This document shows positions 35,532 to 45,101 of a stretch of DNA of 64,000 bases, in pieces. Location of the stretch: positions 1,711,575-1,775,574 of the forward strand of contig OZ250163.1 in the NCBI GenBank assembly GCA_965238035.1, given 5' to 3'. This DNA comes from Phototrophicaceae bacterium (lineage in GTDB: Bacteria; Chloroflexota; Anaerolineae; Aggregatilineales; Phototrophicaceae). Under the pieces are notes generated by a model that saw nothing but the letters and a program-made list of their open reading frames with translations, had not been told where the DNA came from and did not search any database. Each line of letters begins with the position of its first letter. Within the stretch, counting starts at the first letter, position 1. The position numbers and the translations under genes are program-made.

Positions 35532-36374
35532 TCAGATTGCGGGCGGGCCCTGGCGGATACGCCGGCGCACCCTGGCGGTCTCGGCTGCGTTGAAGGTTGC
35601 GCCCCACATGGTCTCCAGCCACCAGGTGGCGCCCGCGTCGCGCCAGGCGGCCAACGTGGCCGCTGCCGCCTGGGGATCGTCGCCGGGGGTCTCGCCCTCC
35701 ACGATGACGTCGTAGCCTGACGCAGCAGGGCGCTGCGCCCGCACTTGCGGCATGAAGGTGCGCAGATCTGCCAGGCTGGCCTGTCCGGCGCTGCGTCGAC
35801 CCTCCGCGTCGACATTCAGCACCTGGGGCAGCAGGCCGTCATATTTCAGCGCGCGCTGCATTGACTTCATGCTGCCGAGGGCGCCCACCAGCCACAGCGG
35901 AATGCGCGGTTGCTGGACGGGCGGCGGCGTGGGGAAAAAGTCCGTTTCTGCAATCTGGTAGTGCTTGCCCTGCCAGGCGAAGGGCTGCCCGCGCCAGAGG
36001 CCGGTCACGATGGCCAGGCCCTCGTCGAGCAGTTCGGCGCGCGTCCGACGGTTGGTGACCTCGCCGAAGGCCTGAAAGCCGGTGTCGACCGCGCCCAGTC
36101 CCACCGCCAGAATCACGCGCCCGCCGGAGAGTACGTCCAGCGTGGCGCTCTCGCTGGCAAGCTTCCAGGGGCGCATGCGCGACAGCGGGCTGAGCATGGT
36201 GCCCAGGCGAATGCGCTGCGTACGCATGGCGGCCGCCGTGAGGCAAACCCAGGCATCCACGCCCCAGACCGGCTCCCAGACGAAGAAACTGTCCCAACCG
36301 GCCAGCTCGGCCTCGTATGCGAGTTCGGCCGCCAGGCGCGCGTCCCCGCCCGGCAGCACAAAACCGGTTTTCAC
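35532..36374 (-). CDS. LLM-class (luciferase-like) flavin/F420-dependent oxidoreductase
   Basis: 280 aa with typical LLM N-terminal and core sequence (LGTMLSPLSRMRPWKLASESATLDVLSGGRVILAVGLG). Confidence 0.85.
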   Translation of the reverse strand: MKTGFVLPGGDARLAAELAYEAELAGWDSFFVWEPVWGVDAWVCLTAAAMRTQRIRLGTMLSPLSRMRPWKLASESATLDVLSGGRVILAVGLGAVDTGFQAFGEVTNRRTRAELLDEGLAIVTGLWRGQPFAWQGKHYQIAETDFFPTPPPVQQPRIPLWLVGALGSMKSMQRALKYDGLLPQVLNVDAEGRRSAGQASLADLRTFMPQVRAQRPAASGYDVIVEGETPGDDPQAAAATLAAWRDAGATWWLETMWGATFNAAETARVRRRIRQGPPAI

Positions 36375-36390
36375 AATCGCCTCCCGATGT

Positions 36391-36993
36391 TCAACTTTCC
36401 CGGATCACGAGCGAGCGCAACTGATCGCCCTGCTCGATGGCGTCCACCACCGTCTGACCGTCGCCCAGCACCGCGCCGAAGACCGCGTGGCGGCCGTTCA
36501 GATGCGGCGTCGGCACATGCGTGATGAAGAACTGCGAACCGTTGCTATCCGGGCCCGCGTTGGCCATGCTGAGGATGCCGGCGCGGTCGTGCGGCAGCGC
36601 CAGCGCGGCGGCTTCGTCGGCGAAGCGATAGCCAGGCCCGCCGCTGCCGGATGCGGTGGGGTCACCAGCCTGGGCCATGAAGGGTGGGTCCTTGATGACG
36701 CGGTGGAAGGTGGTGCAGTCATAGAAGCCTTCGCGCGCCAGGAAGACGAAGTTGTTGACGGTGAGCGGCGCCGCGCTGGCGAAGAGCTCGACCTCGAAGG
36801 AACCGCGGGCGGTCTCGAAGGTCGCCGTGTAGATCTTGTCCGCGTCGATCTGCAGGGCGGGCGCGGCCTCATACTGCGTCAGCGTCTTTGGCGCGTCGCA
36901 TTTGTCGGCCGGCGTCGGCGTCGCGGTCTTTGGCAGGCCGGTGGTGCAGGCAGCCAGCAGCAGGCCGAGCAGAAGTGCCAGAGTCTTGTGCAT
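36391..36993 (-). CDS. Peptidyl-prolyl cis-trans isomerase (cyclophilin type), lipoprotein
   Basis: 200 aa with a lipobox (LLLAAC). Cyclophilin motifs are FHRVIKDPPFMAQAGDP and GILSMANAGPDSNGSQFFIT. Confidence 0.9.
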   Translation of the reverse strand: MHKTLALLLGLLLAACTTGLPKTATPTPADKCDAPKTLTQYEAAPALQIDADKIYTATFETARGSFEVELFASAAPLTVNNFVFLAREGFYDCTTFHRVIKDPPFMAQAGDPTASGSGGPGYRFADEAAALALPHDRAGILSMANAGPDSNGSQFFITHVPTPHLNGRHAVFGAVLGDGQTVVDAIEQGDQLRSLVIRES

Positions 36994-37130
36994 GGATTAT
37001 CCTGAATGTGTTTGAGCTCCGCGCCATTCTACCAGACGCCAGGGCAGCGCTATACTGGGCACATGCATTCCCGCCGTTGTCCACTCACGCGCAGCCTCCC
37101 GTCCGCGCCGGATTGTCCGCGGAGCGCCAG

Positions 37131-38159
37131 TTGAAAGCCCTCGTCACCGGCGGCACCGGCTTCGTCGGCTCGCACGTGGCGCGCGCGCTGGTGGAAGCCG
37201 GCCACGAGGTGCGCGTGCTGCATCGTCGCAGCTCGCGCATGGACGCCCTGCAGGGCCTGGATTTCGAGCCGGTCATCGGTGACGTGCTCAAGCGCGAGTC
37301 GCTGGCGGCGGCCTGCGCGGGCTGCGAACTGGTGTTCCACGTCGCGGCGGTCGCGGCCTACTGGCGTGAGGAGCGCCGGCGCATGGTCGCGATCAACGTA
37401 GAGGGCACGCGTCGCGTGCTGGAAGCCGCGCGTGAAGCGGGCGTGCGCCGCGTGGTCTTCACCAGCAGCGCCGCCTCGCTCGGCCTGCGGCGGGACGGCT
37501 GCCCCGCCGACGAGACGGCACGCTTCAACCTGCTGCCGCACCAGTTCCCCTACGGTCACAGCAAGCACCTCGCCGAGCGCTGCGCGCAACACGCGCTGCA
37601 GCAGCACGGCCAGGACGTCGTCATCGTCAACCCGGTCATCGTGATGGGCCCCGGCGACCTGAACCTCATCTCCGGGCGCTTCGTCACCGAGATGCAGCGC
37701 CTGCAATGGACCATCCCGGTAACCTCGGGCGGCGTGGGCGTGGTCGACGTGCGTGACGTGGCCCGCTGGCACCTGGCGGCGGCGCAGCGCGGCCGCAGCG
37801 GCGAGCGCTACATCCTCGGCAGCGCCAATTACAGCCTGCGCGAGTGGTATGCGCTCTGCGCCCGCGCGGTGGGCGTGGCGCCGCCCGTATTGCAGCTGCC
37901 GGACGCCGCGCTGCCGCTGCTGGCGCAGCTGATCGCGCTGGCCAAACGCCTCGGTCTGCAGCCGCCCGCCGACCCCTCGCAGATTCGCATGGGCAAGCGC
38001 AAGCTGCACTTCGTCTATGACAAGGCGCACCGGGAACTGGGCCCGCCGCAATTCGACATGGCGCGCAGCCTGCGGGATACGGTCGACTGGTATCGTGAGC
38101 GCGGCATGTTGCAGGAGGGACGCTTCGGCAGGCTGCTGCGGATGCTGCGGCCGGGCTGA
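37131..38159 (+). CDS. NAD-dependent epimerase/dehydratase (dihydroflavonol-reductase/HpnA-like)
   Basis: Track ORF 36888-38159 trimmed to TTG 37131 (or 37113), just before KALVTGGTGFVGSHVARAL. The start codon is uncertain. Confidence 0.75.
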   Translation: MKALVTGGTGFVGSHVARALVEAGHEVRVLHRRSSRMDALQGLDFEPVIGDVLKRESLAAACAGCELVFHVAAVAAYWREERRRMVAINVEGTRRVLEAAREAGVRRVVFTSSAASLGLRRDGCPADETARFNLLPHQFPYGHSKHLAERCAQHALQQHGQDVVIVNPVIVMGPGDLNLISGRFVTEMQRLQWTIPVTSGGVGVVDVRDVARWHLAAAQRGRSGERYILGSANYSLREWYALCARAVGVAPPVLQLPDAALPLLAQLIALAKRLGLQPPADPSQIRMGKRKLHFVYDKAHRELGPPQFDMARSLRDTVDWYRERGMLQEGRFGRLLRMLRPG

Positions 38160-38167
38160 GCGGGAGG

Positions 38168-38548
38168 CTATTCGCCTTCGCCGACCGGCTCGCGGTTGGT
38201 GGTGATGCTGGTCCAGGAGAGGCGATCGCTGCGCAAATGGGCGTAGAGCGGCTTTTCGTTGCGCAGCAGGTCCACCAGCACGTTGATATCGCGGAAGGGC
38301 AGGAAGATGGTGCCCTTGTGTTCCTCGAGGTTGATCAGCGGCTGCGGGAAGGTGGAGCCTTCCTCGAGAAAGTAGACGTCCAGCATGGCTCCGTCACCCA
38401 GGCAACGCACAATGCCGCGCAGCTGAATCTCCTGACCGCCGAAGTCCATGAACTCCAGCTGGCGCAGGATGACCATGTATTCGCGGATTTCGAAGATTTC
38501 GCTGCCGCTGCCGTCCACGGGGCGGCCTCCGTCAACCGCCCTGGTCAC
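38168..38548 (-). CDS. Hypothetical protein
   Basis: 126-aa ORF with non-artefactual composition (EIFEIREYMVILRQLEFMDFGG...). I recognise no family. It overlaps the upstream small ORF by 17 nt. Confidence 0.45.
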   Translation of the reverse strand: MTRAVDGGRPVDGSGSEIFEIREYMVILRQLEFMDFGGQEIQLRGIVRCLGDGAMLDVYFLEEGSTFPQPLINLEEHKGTIFLPFRDINVLVDLLRNEKPLYAHLRSDRLSWTSITTNREPVGEGE

Positions 38549-38825
38549 CAGTTACGACGGGGCTGCCGTTGGCTTCCTCGGCCTCCACCTCGTCCTTGTC
38601 TTCCCAGCTGATGATCCAGATGCAGGCGCCGGCCACCAGGGTGGAGGCGGTCAGCAGGGCGACCCATTGCCCGGGCAGCAGGCCGACGTCGCGCGCCTCC
38701 CAGGCGAGCATGGCGTCCATGCCCCCGCCCAGCACGATCCACGCCGAGATGCGCGGGCGGCGCAGGGCCAGCTGCGTAAGCGGAAAGGCCTCAATGCGGG
38801 CCAACAGGGAGTTCAGCAGATTCAT
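38532..38825 (-). CDS. Hypothetical small membrane protein
   Basis: Trimmed to ATG 38825 (MNLLNSLLARIEAF). Has two hydrophobic segments and an acidic tail. Confidence 0.45.
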   Translation of the reverse strand: MNLLNSLLARIEAFPLTQLALRRPRISAWIVLGGGMDAMLAWEARDVGLLPGQWVALLTASTLVAGACIWIISWEDKDEVEAEEANGSPVVTGDQGG

Positions 38826-38946
38826 CCGTCCACTCCTGTGTCGCTGGTCGCGCAGCATAACGCGCCACGCCCCCTGTGGCAAGTCATAACTTGCGTCCGG
38901 CCGCTGCCAGCGGGCATAATCAGGGTACCTGTGAGCGACGGAGCCC

Positions 38947-39309
38947 TTGCCCATGGACGCAGTCATCCGCATGATCGGCGACTTCCTGCGCTCTATCTTC
39001 GGCGGAGGCGGCCAGCAACACGGCGTGGAGCGCGACGGCCGCGCGCTGTGGCTTTACGTCCGGCCGCATCGCTGTGACGACGTGCTGCGCGTGCGCATCG
39101 ACATGATGAATGATCTGAGCCAGCGTGACGAGGGCGACGGCTATCACGTGCGCAAGCTGGCCAGCAGCGCCAACTACCGCTGCAACCAGGTCGAGCTGGA
39201 AATCTGGTTCGACCGCCGCCGCCGCGTTGAGAAGCGCGAGGCCCAGGGCGGTAGTTTCGCCGAGCGCGCGGACTGGGAGGCATGGCAAGCCGGGCAGCCC
39301 ACTGCCTGA
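38947..39309 (+). CDS. Hypothetical protein
   Basis: 120-aa ORF with balanced composition (DAVIRMIGDFLRSIFGG... VELEIWFDRRRRVEKRE). I recognise no family. Confidence 0.4.
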   Translation: MPMDAVIRMIGDFLRSIFGGGGQQHGVERDGRALWLYVRPHRCDDVLRVRIDMMNDLSQRDEGDGYHVRKLASSANYRCNQVELEIWFDRRRRVEKREAQGGSFAERADWEAWQAGQPTA

Positions 39310-39369
39310 GTTCCGCCGCATGCCGTGTCCGCGGCCCAGGCAAGACCGAAAACCAGAACAGCCATTTTC

Positions 39370-40404
39370 ATGAGCATCAGCCGCTACCTGAACAACATGC
39401 TGAACGACCCGATGCGCGGCCTGCAGGTCTCGCTGCTAATGCTTATGATGCTCGTGGCCCTTGGAGCAGTCGGCTACATGATTATCGAGCGCATGACGAT
39501 GGTTGATGCGCTCTACATGACCATCATCACCATCACGACGGTTGGCTTTGGCGAGGTATCGCCGCTGAGCACGCCGGGTCGCGCCTTCACGGCACTGCTC
39601 ATCCTGACCGGCGTTGTGACAGCGACAACCGCCCTCGGCAATGCGACCAGCCTCCTGCTGGGTCAACATCTGTGGCAATCGTTACGGGAGCGACGTATGA
39701 CTGGAAAACTCGCCGAAATGCGTGGCCATTACATCATCTGTGGCTACGGCCGCATGGGAAAGCAGGTGGTTCGCGACCTGCAGGCACGGGCGCAGCCCTT
39801 CGTGATTATCGAGAAGGACTTGAGCTCGCGCGAGCTGCTGCTGGACTCGGAAACGCCGCATCTGATCGGCGATGCTACCGACGATGAAATTCTGCGCCGG
39901 GCAGGAATCCTTTCGGCTCGCGGGCTGGTGACCGCGCTCGACAGCGACTCCGACAACATCATGACCGTACTATCTGCCCGGGAACTCAAACCCGACCTGC
40001 TGGTTGTAGCACGTGCCACAACCAGCGAGGCCGAGAGGAAGCTGCGCCGCGCCGGCGCAGATCGCGTCATCAGTCCCTGGCAGGCCGGCGGGCACCGCAT
40101 GGCCGTGGCGCTGCTGAAGCCGGCCGTGCATGATTTTATCGACCTGCTTCTCCACCCTGAGAGCGAACACGGGACGGAGCTGGGCCAGATCGTCATCGAG
40201 CCTGGATCGGCTCTGGCGGACCGCAGCGTAGCCGAGGTTGACCTGCGCCGCAGCCTTTCCGTGACCATGCTCGGCATCCGTCTGCCGGACGGCGAAATCG
40301 CCCTCAACCCGAGCCCGCAGCGCGTCCTGCGGCCTGGCGAGGTGCTCATCTGCATTGGCCCGCCGGAAGCCATTCGTCGTGTCGAGGCCGTGCCTAACAT
40401 GTGA
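39370..40404 (+). CDS. Potassium channel protein with RCK/TrkA domains (MthK-like)
   Basis: Pore helix and selectivity filter are TITTVGFGEV. RCK_N has a Rossmann motif (IICGYGRMGKQV), followed by TrkA_C. The start could be ATG 39370 or 39325. Confidence 0.85.
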   Translation: MSISRYLNNMLNDPMRGLQVSLLMLMMLVALGAVGYMIIERMTMVDALYMTIITITTVGFGEVSPLSTPGRAFTALLILTGVVTATTALGNATSLLLGQHLWQSLRERRMTGKLAEMRGHYIICGYGRMGKQVVRDLQARAQPFVIIEKDLSSRELLLDSETPHLIGDATDDEILRRAGILSARGLVTALDSDSDNIMTVLSARELKPDLLVVARATTSEAERKLRRAGADRVISPWQAGGHRMAVALLKPAVHDFIDLLLHPESEHGTELGQIVIEPGSALADRSVAEVDLRRSLSVTMLGIRLPDGEIALNPSPQRVLRPGEVLICIGPPEAIRRVEAVPNM

Positions 40405-40411
40405 ACCCCGC

Positions 40412-41893
40412 TCAGGGCGCCAGCAGCGGCCGGATGAGGGCGAGCAGCAGGTAGAGATCGAAGGGGGCCAGCAGGCAGACCGGCGCCAGCGTCAGCCAGC
40501 GCGCCCGGCCCGGCAGCAGCCTTGCGCGCCAGGCATCGAGGCCGCGCGCCATGAGCAGGGCCAACGGCAGCAACGCCGGGTACAGGTAGCGGCCCTGCAG
40601 TTGTACGAACTCGATGTTGTAGTAGAGATAGGCCAGCGCGACCAGGCCAACCGTCAGCCACAGCGCGCGCCACAGCAGACGCAGCCCGCGTCCTGCCGGC
40701 CGGCGCCGCGGCAGCAGCAGCCCTGTCGCACCGGCCAGGCTCAGCGCCAGTGGCAGGGCCAGCAGCCAGCCCCGCAGCGGCAGCGCCATCCAGCCGAACT
40801 GGCCCCAGAAGCTGGTGAAGGTGTCGCGCAGGGCCATTTCCGCCCAGGCCGGCGCGCCGATGTCGGCGACGAGCGTCGCAGTGCGCAGCTGGTCGGCCAC
40901 GACGCGGTCGTGCGCGGCCAGGCCGAGAAAGTCGGGCCAGCCGTAGACGGCCAGGTTGCGCGCCCACCACAGCGCGCCGGTCAACAGCGCCGGCAGCAAG
41001 AGACAGGCCAGCCCGCTCAACAGCATTCGTCGCGCATGAGTTCGCCGCCACAGTCCCGGATGCCACAGGCGCAGCAGCAAGAGGAGTGGCAGCAGGCCGG
41101 CGACGAAATAGCCGCCCGGTTTGGTGAGCAGCAGCAGGCCGGCGAGCAGGCCCATGAACCACAGTGGCCAGTATGTGTGCTGGCCGGCGCGGTGCAGCGC
41201 CAGGCCGATGCCCGTCAGCGCTACGAAGAGCAGCGCCGCGCCCACCGGGATGAGCCCGTACAACAGCAGCAGAACGCAGGCCGGCAGGGCCAGCAGCAGC
41301 AGCGTCCGCGCCAGGCGCTGCAGACCGGCCCGGTCGCCGCGCAGCCAGCGGGCCAGCGCCAGCAGCGTCAGCCCGATCAGCAGCTCGGTCAGGCTATCGT
41401 TGTTGACGGCGCTCATCATGGCCAGGTGCTGCGGCAGAAAGGCGACGAAGGCCACGGCCGTCAGCGCCAGCCAGGGTCGAGCGGGCAGGGCCGCCCGCGC
41501 CAGCGCCCAGGCACAGTAGACCACGCCGGCGCCCAGCAACGCCGAAAAGAGGCGCAGGGCCAGCAGGCTGCCCGCGCTCCAGCCGTAGACGAGGGCGGCC
41601 AGCAGGTAGTAGAGTGGGGGCTGATGATCCTCGTATTGCAACGTGGCCAGCGAAGCGGCGGTAGCGCCGGCAAAGCGCTCCCCGGTCAGCCTGCCCAGCA
41701 GCGCCTGGTCCCAGTCGCCGGGTTCGATGAGCGGGCAGCAGCGCGGCGCAGCGGCTTCGACCAGCTGGCGCAGGACGTTATAGTGCGCCGGTTCGTCGGG
41801 CGCCTGCCAGGCGGGCGTCAGCGCGGCGAAGAGCGCGGCCAGCAGCAGGTAGACTGCCAGCAGCAGGGCGAAGCCGCCGCGTTGCGTCAGCAT
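40412..41893 (-). CDS. GT39/ArnT-like (GT-C fold) glycosyltransferase
   Basis: 493 aa with 12+ TM. The first loop (AWQAPDEPAHYNVLRQL) is typical of the PMT_2/ArnT-like family. Confidence 0.75.
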   Translation of the reverse strand: MLTQRGGFALLLAVYLLLAALFAALTPAWQAPDEPAHYNVLRQLVEAAAPRCCPLIEPGDWDQALLGRLTGERFAGATAASLATLQYEDHQPPLYYLLAALVYGWSAGSLLALRLFSALLGAGVVYCAWALARAALPARPWLALTAVAFVAFLPQHLAMMSAVNNDSLTELLIGLTLLALARWLRGDRAGLQRLARTLLLLALPACVLLLLYGLIPVGAALLFVALTGIGLALHRAGQHTYWPLWFMGLLAGLLLLTKPGGYFVAGLLPLLLLLRLWHPGLWRRTHARRMLLSGLACLLLPALLTGALWWARNLAVYGWPDFLGLAAHDRVVADQLRTATLVADIGAPAWAEMALRDTFTSFWGQFGWMALPLRGWLLALPLALSLAGATGLLLPRRRPAGRGLRLLWRALWLTVGLVALAYLYYNIEFVQLQGRYLYPALLPLALLMARGLDAWRARLLPGRARWLTLAPVCLLAPFDLYLLLALIRPLLAP

Positions 41894-41971
41894 GACGCAG
41901 GCCCGGCAATGCTTGACGGCCCGGGACGCCGCGGGTAGCGTGTGGCCAGGTCTGTGCCAGAGGACATTGTC

Positions 41972-42310
41972 ATGTCAGACAACGCATTCCGCCCGGCAGC
42001 CGGACTCGAGGCCGACATGCACGCGCTCATGTCCGAAATGCCGGAGACGCGGCCGGGCAAGATGTTCGGCTGCCCGGTCTACAAGGTCAACGGCAAGCTG
42101 GCGCTCGGCTTTCACCCGCGGCAGGGCGTCTTCCTCAAGCTGGGCCAGGCGCGCGCCAGCGCCCTGCTGGCGGCCGGCAGCGTCCAGCCCTTCGAGCCCA
42201 TGCCCGGCCGCGCCTGGAAGGACTGGGTGTTGCTGACCGAAGACCTTGAGGCCGCCCGTCCGCTGCTGGCTGAAGCCGTCGCTTTCGTGCGCCGCGAAGC
42301 TGGCGCCTGA
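41972..42310 (+). CDS. TfoX N-terminal-domain-like protein
   Basis: ATG 41972 follows GAGGA. The pattern KMFGCPVYKVNGKLALGF...FLKL...PFEPMPGRAWKDWVLL resembles TfoX_N. Confidence 0.5.
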   Translation: MSDNAFRPAAGLEADMHALMSEMPETRPGKMFGCPVYKVNGKLALGFHPRQGVFLKLGQARASALLAAGSVQPFEPMPGRAWKDWVLLTEDLEAARPLLAEAVAFVRREAGA

Positions 42311-42319
42311 GTCTGACAC

Positions 42320-43540
42320 ATGGCTGAAGACTCCCCGGCGAGTGACCCGCTGCTGGCGTGGCGGCCCGAATTCCCGATCCTCGAGCGCTGCTGTTATCTC
42401 GTCAGCCATTCGCTGGGCGCGATGCCGCGCGCGGTGCGCGACAGCCTGGCGGCCTACGCTGACAGCTGGGAAGTGCATGGCGTACGCGCCTGGAACGAAG
42501 CCTGGTGGGAACTCGGCCTCGAAATCGGAAACGATATTGCGGGGCTGCTGAATGCGCCGCAGGGCAGCGTGCTGCTGCAACAGAACGCCAGCATCGCCAA
42601 CAGCGTGCTCTTTTCCGCGCTCGATTTCAGCGACCCGCAGCGCGACCGCGTGGTCATCAGCGATATGGACTTCCCCTCCGACAGCTACGTGCTGCGGCAG
42701 TGGCTGCCGCCGGGCATGCGGGTGCACATGCTGCGCTCGCGCGATGGCATCGGCCTCGACATCGACGAATTGCTGGCGGCCATCGACGAGCGCACGCGCC
42801 TCGTCAGCCTCTCGCACGTGCTCTTCCGCTCCGGCTGCATCCTGCCGGCGCAGGCCATCGTCGCCAGGGCGCACGCGGTCGGCGCGCAGGTGCTGCTCAA
42901 CGGCTATCACAGCGTGGGCGTCATTCCGGTGGATCTGCGCGCCATTGAGGTGGATTTCTACATCGGCGGCACGCTGAAGTGGCTCTGTGGCGGGCCAGGC
43001 GGCGTCTTTCTCTACGTGCGGCCGGACCTGCTGGCCGGGCTGCAACCAAAAGTGAGCGGCTGGCTCGCCCTGCAGCAGCCCTTCGCCTTCGACAGCGAGC
43101 ACTTCCCCCTGCGCGACGACATCGGGCGTCTGCAGAACGGCACGCCAGGCATCGCCTCGTTCTACGCCGTCCGTCCGGGCATCGACATCATCCGGCAAGT
43201 GGGGGTGGAGGCCATCCGCCGCAAGTCGCTGCGCCAGACCGCGCTGCTGGTCGAGCTGGCGCAACGCGCCGGACATGAGTTGGGGTCGCCGCTTGAGCCG
43301 GAACGCCGCGCCGGCATAGTCACGTTGCAGCCCGCGCACGCCTGGGAGGTCTCGCGCGAGTTGCTGGCGCGCAAGTACATAATCGACTATCGCGAGGGCG
43401 CCGGCATTCGCATCGCGCCGCATTTCTACACGTCCGACGCCGAACTGCGGAACATCATGCAGAGCATCGACGACATCCTGGCGGAGGGCAACTGGCGCCG
43501 CCACAGCGCGCAGGGGCCGGACCACAGCAGCGTCACCTGA
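42320..43540 (+). CDS. Kynureninase-like class V aminotransferase (PLP-dependent)
   Basis: 406 aa. N-terminal FPILERCCYLVSHSLGAMP and the PLP-Lys region GGTLKWLCGGPGG fit the kynureninase/class V fold. Confidence 0.7.
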   Translation: MAEDSPASDPLLAWRPEFPILERCCYLVSHSLGAMPRAVRDSLAAYADSWEVHGVRAWNEAWWELGLEIGNDIAGLLNAPQGSVLLQQNASIANSVLFSALDFSDPQRDRVVISDMDFPSDSYVLRQWLPPGMRVHMLRSRDGIGLDIDELLAAIDERTRLVSLSHVLFRSGCILPAQAIVARAHAVGAQVLLNGYHSVGVIPVDLRAIEVDFYIGGTLKWLCGGPGGVFLYVRPDLLAGLQPKVSGWLALQQPFAFDSEHFPLRDDIGRLQNGTPGIASFYAVRPGIDIIRQVGVEAIRRKSLRQTALLVELAQRAGHELGSPLEPERRAGIVTLQPAHAWEVSRELLARKYIIDYREGAGIRIAPHFYTSDAELRNIMQSIDDILAEGNWRRHSAQGPDHSSVT

Positions 43541-43554
43541 GACATGGGCCGGCG

Positions 43555-45096
43555 TCAGCGGGCGTAATCGACCGCGCGCGTCTCGCGAATGACCTGCACC
43601 TTGATCTGTCCGGGATACTGCATCGTCTCCTCGACCTTGCGCGCCACCTCACGCGCCAGCCGCAGCGCCTGCAGGTCATCGATATCTTCCGGGCGAATGA
43701 TAATGCGCACCTCGCGCCCGGCCTGCAGGGCGTAGCTCTGCTCCACACCGTCGAAGCTGGAGGCGATGTCCTCCAGCGTCTTCACGCGCTTGATGTAGGA
43801 TTCCAGGCTCTCGCGGCGGGCGCCGGGGCGGGCGCCGGAGATGGCGTCGGCGGCCTCGACGATGTAGGCCTCCACACACTCCGGCTCCACCTCGTGATGA
43901 TGGCTGGCGACGCAGTTGACCACGCTGGCGCGCACGCCGTGACGTTTGAGGAAATCCGCGCCCAGCAGCGCGTGCGTGCCTTCCACATCATGGTCGATGG
44001 CCTTGCCCAGGTCGTGCAGCAGGCCGCCGGCGCGCGCCACATCCACGTCCGCGCCCAGCTCCGCTGCGATCATGCCGGCGATGTGCGCGGATTCGATGGC
44101 GTGCGAGTGCATGTTCTGGCCATAGCTGGTGCGGAACTTCAGGCGTCCCAGCAGCTTGAGGACCTCCGGGTGCAGGCCGGGCACGTTGGCCTCGAAGGCG
44201 GCGCGCTCGCCTTCCTCGCGGATGGTCTGGTTCACCTCTTCGGTCGCGTCCTCGACCAGTTTCTCGATACGGGCGGGATGAATGCGCCCGTCCGTCACCA
44301 GTTTGCCCATCGCCTGGCGCGCCACTTCGCGCCGCACGGGGTTGAAGCTGCTGATGGTGACGGCTTCGGGCGTGTCGTCGACCACCACGTCGACGCCAGT
44401 TGCCAACTCGAAGGCGCGGATGTTGCGCCCGTTGCGGCCGATGATGCGGCCCTTCATGTCGTCGGAGGGCAGGGGCACCACGCTGACCGAAATCTCGCTC
44501 ACGTGCTCGCTGGCCAGGCGTTGCACTGCCAGCGAAATGATGTTGCGCGCGCGCGTGTCGGCCTCCTCGTGCGCGCTGGCCTCCACCTGGCGGATCACGC
44601 GCGCCATGTCGTTGCGCGTATCCTGCTCGACAGCTGCCAGCAATTCGTCGCGGGCCTCGTCCTGCGTCATGCGCGCGATCCGCTCCAGCTCGGTCATGCG
44701 CTCCTCTTCCAACTGCTGCAACTGGTTCTCCCGCTTGTCGAGCCGGCTCTGGCGTTTGTTCAGGCTCTCTTCGCGCTGCTCCAGCTTGTCAATGCGCGTA
44801 TCCAGCTGCGCGCGCCGCTGCTGCAGGCGGTCACCTTCGCGGTCCAGTTCGCGCCGGCGGCGGCTGGCCGTTTGTTCGGAATCCTCCAGCAACACACGCG
44901 CCTTTTCGGTGGCCGCGGCGAGGGTGCTGGCAGCTTCCTTTAGCGCCGCGTCGCGCGTGGCCAGGTTCTGCGCCTCGGCGCGGCTGCGCCAGTTGTCCAC
45001 CTGTGCATTCTGGTGGCGGCGTAACAGCTGCAAGGCAATGAATGCGCCCAGTCCCGCGCCTGTAATCAGCGCAACCAGAGCGAGCAAGATCTCCAT
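43555..45096 (-). CDS. rny: Ribonuclease Y
   Basis: 513 aa with an N-terminal TM, a coiled coil, a KH domain (GRIIGRNGRNIRAFE) and an HD domain (HSHAIESAHIAG...GGLLHDLGKA). Confidence 0.95.
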   Translation of the reverse strand: MEILLALVALITGAGLGAFIALQLLRRHQNAQVDNWRSRAEAQNLATRDAALKEAASTLAAATEKARVLLEDSEQTASRRRRELDREGDRLQQRRAQLDTRIDKLEQREESLNKRQSRLDKRENQLQQLEEERMTELERIARMTQDEARDELLAAVEQDTRNDMARVIRQVEASAHEEADTRARNIISLAVQRLASEHVSEISVSVVPLPSDDMKGRIIGRNGRNIRAFELATGVDVVVDDTPEAVTISSFNPVRREVARQAMGKLVTDGRIHPARIEKLVEDATEEVNQTIREEGERAAFEANVPGLHPEVLKLLGRLKFRTSYGQNMHSHAIESAHIAGMIAAELGADVDVARAGGLLHDLGKAIDHDVEGTHALLGADFLKRHGVRASVVNCVASHHHEVEPECVEAYIVEAADAISGARPGARRESLESYIKRVKTLEDIASSFDGVEQSYALQAGREVRIIIRPEDIDDLQALRLAREVARKVEETMQYPGQIKVQVIRETRAVDYAR

Positions 45097-45101
45097 GATG
45101 G

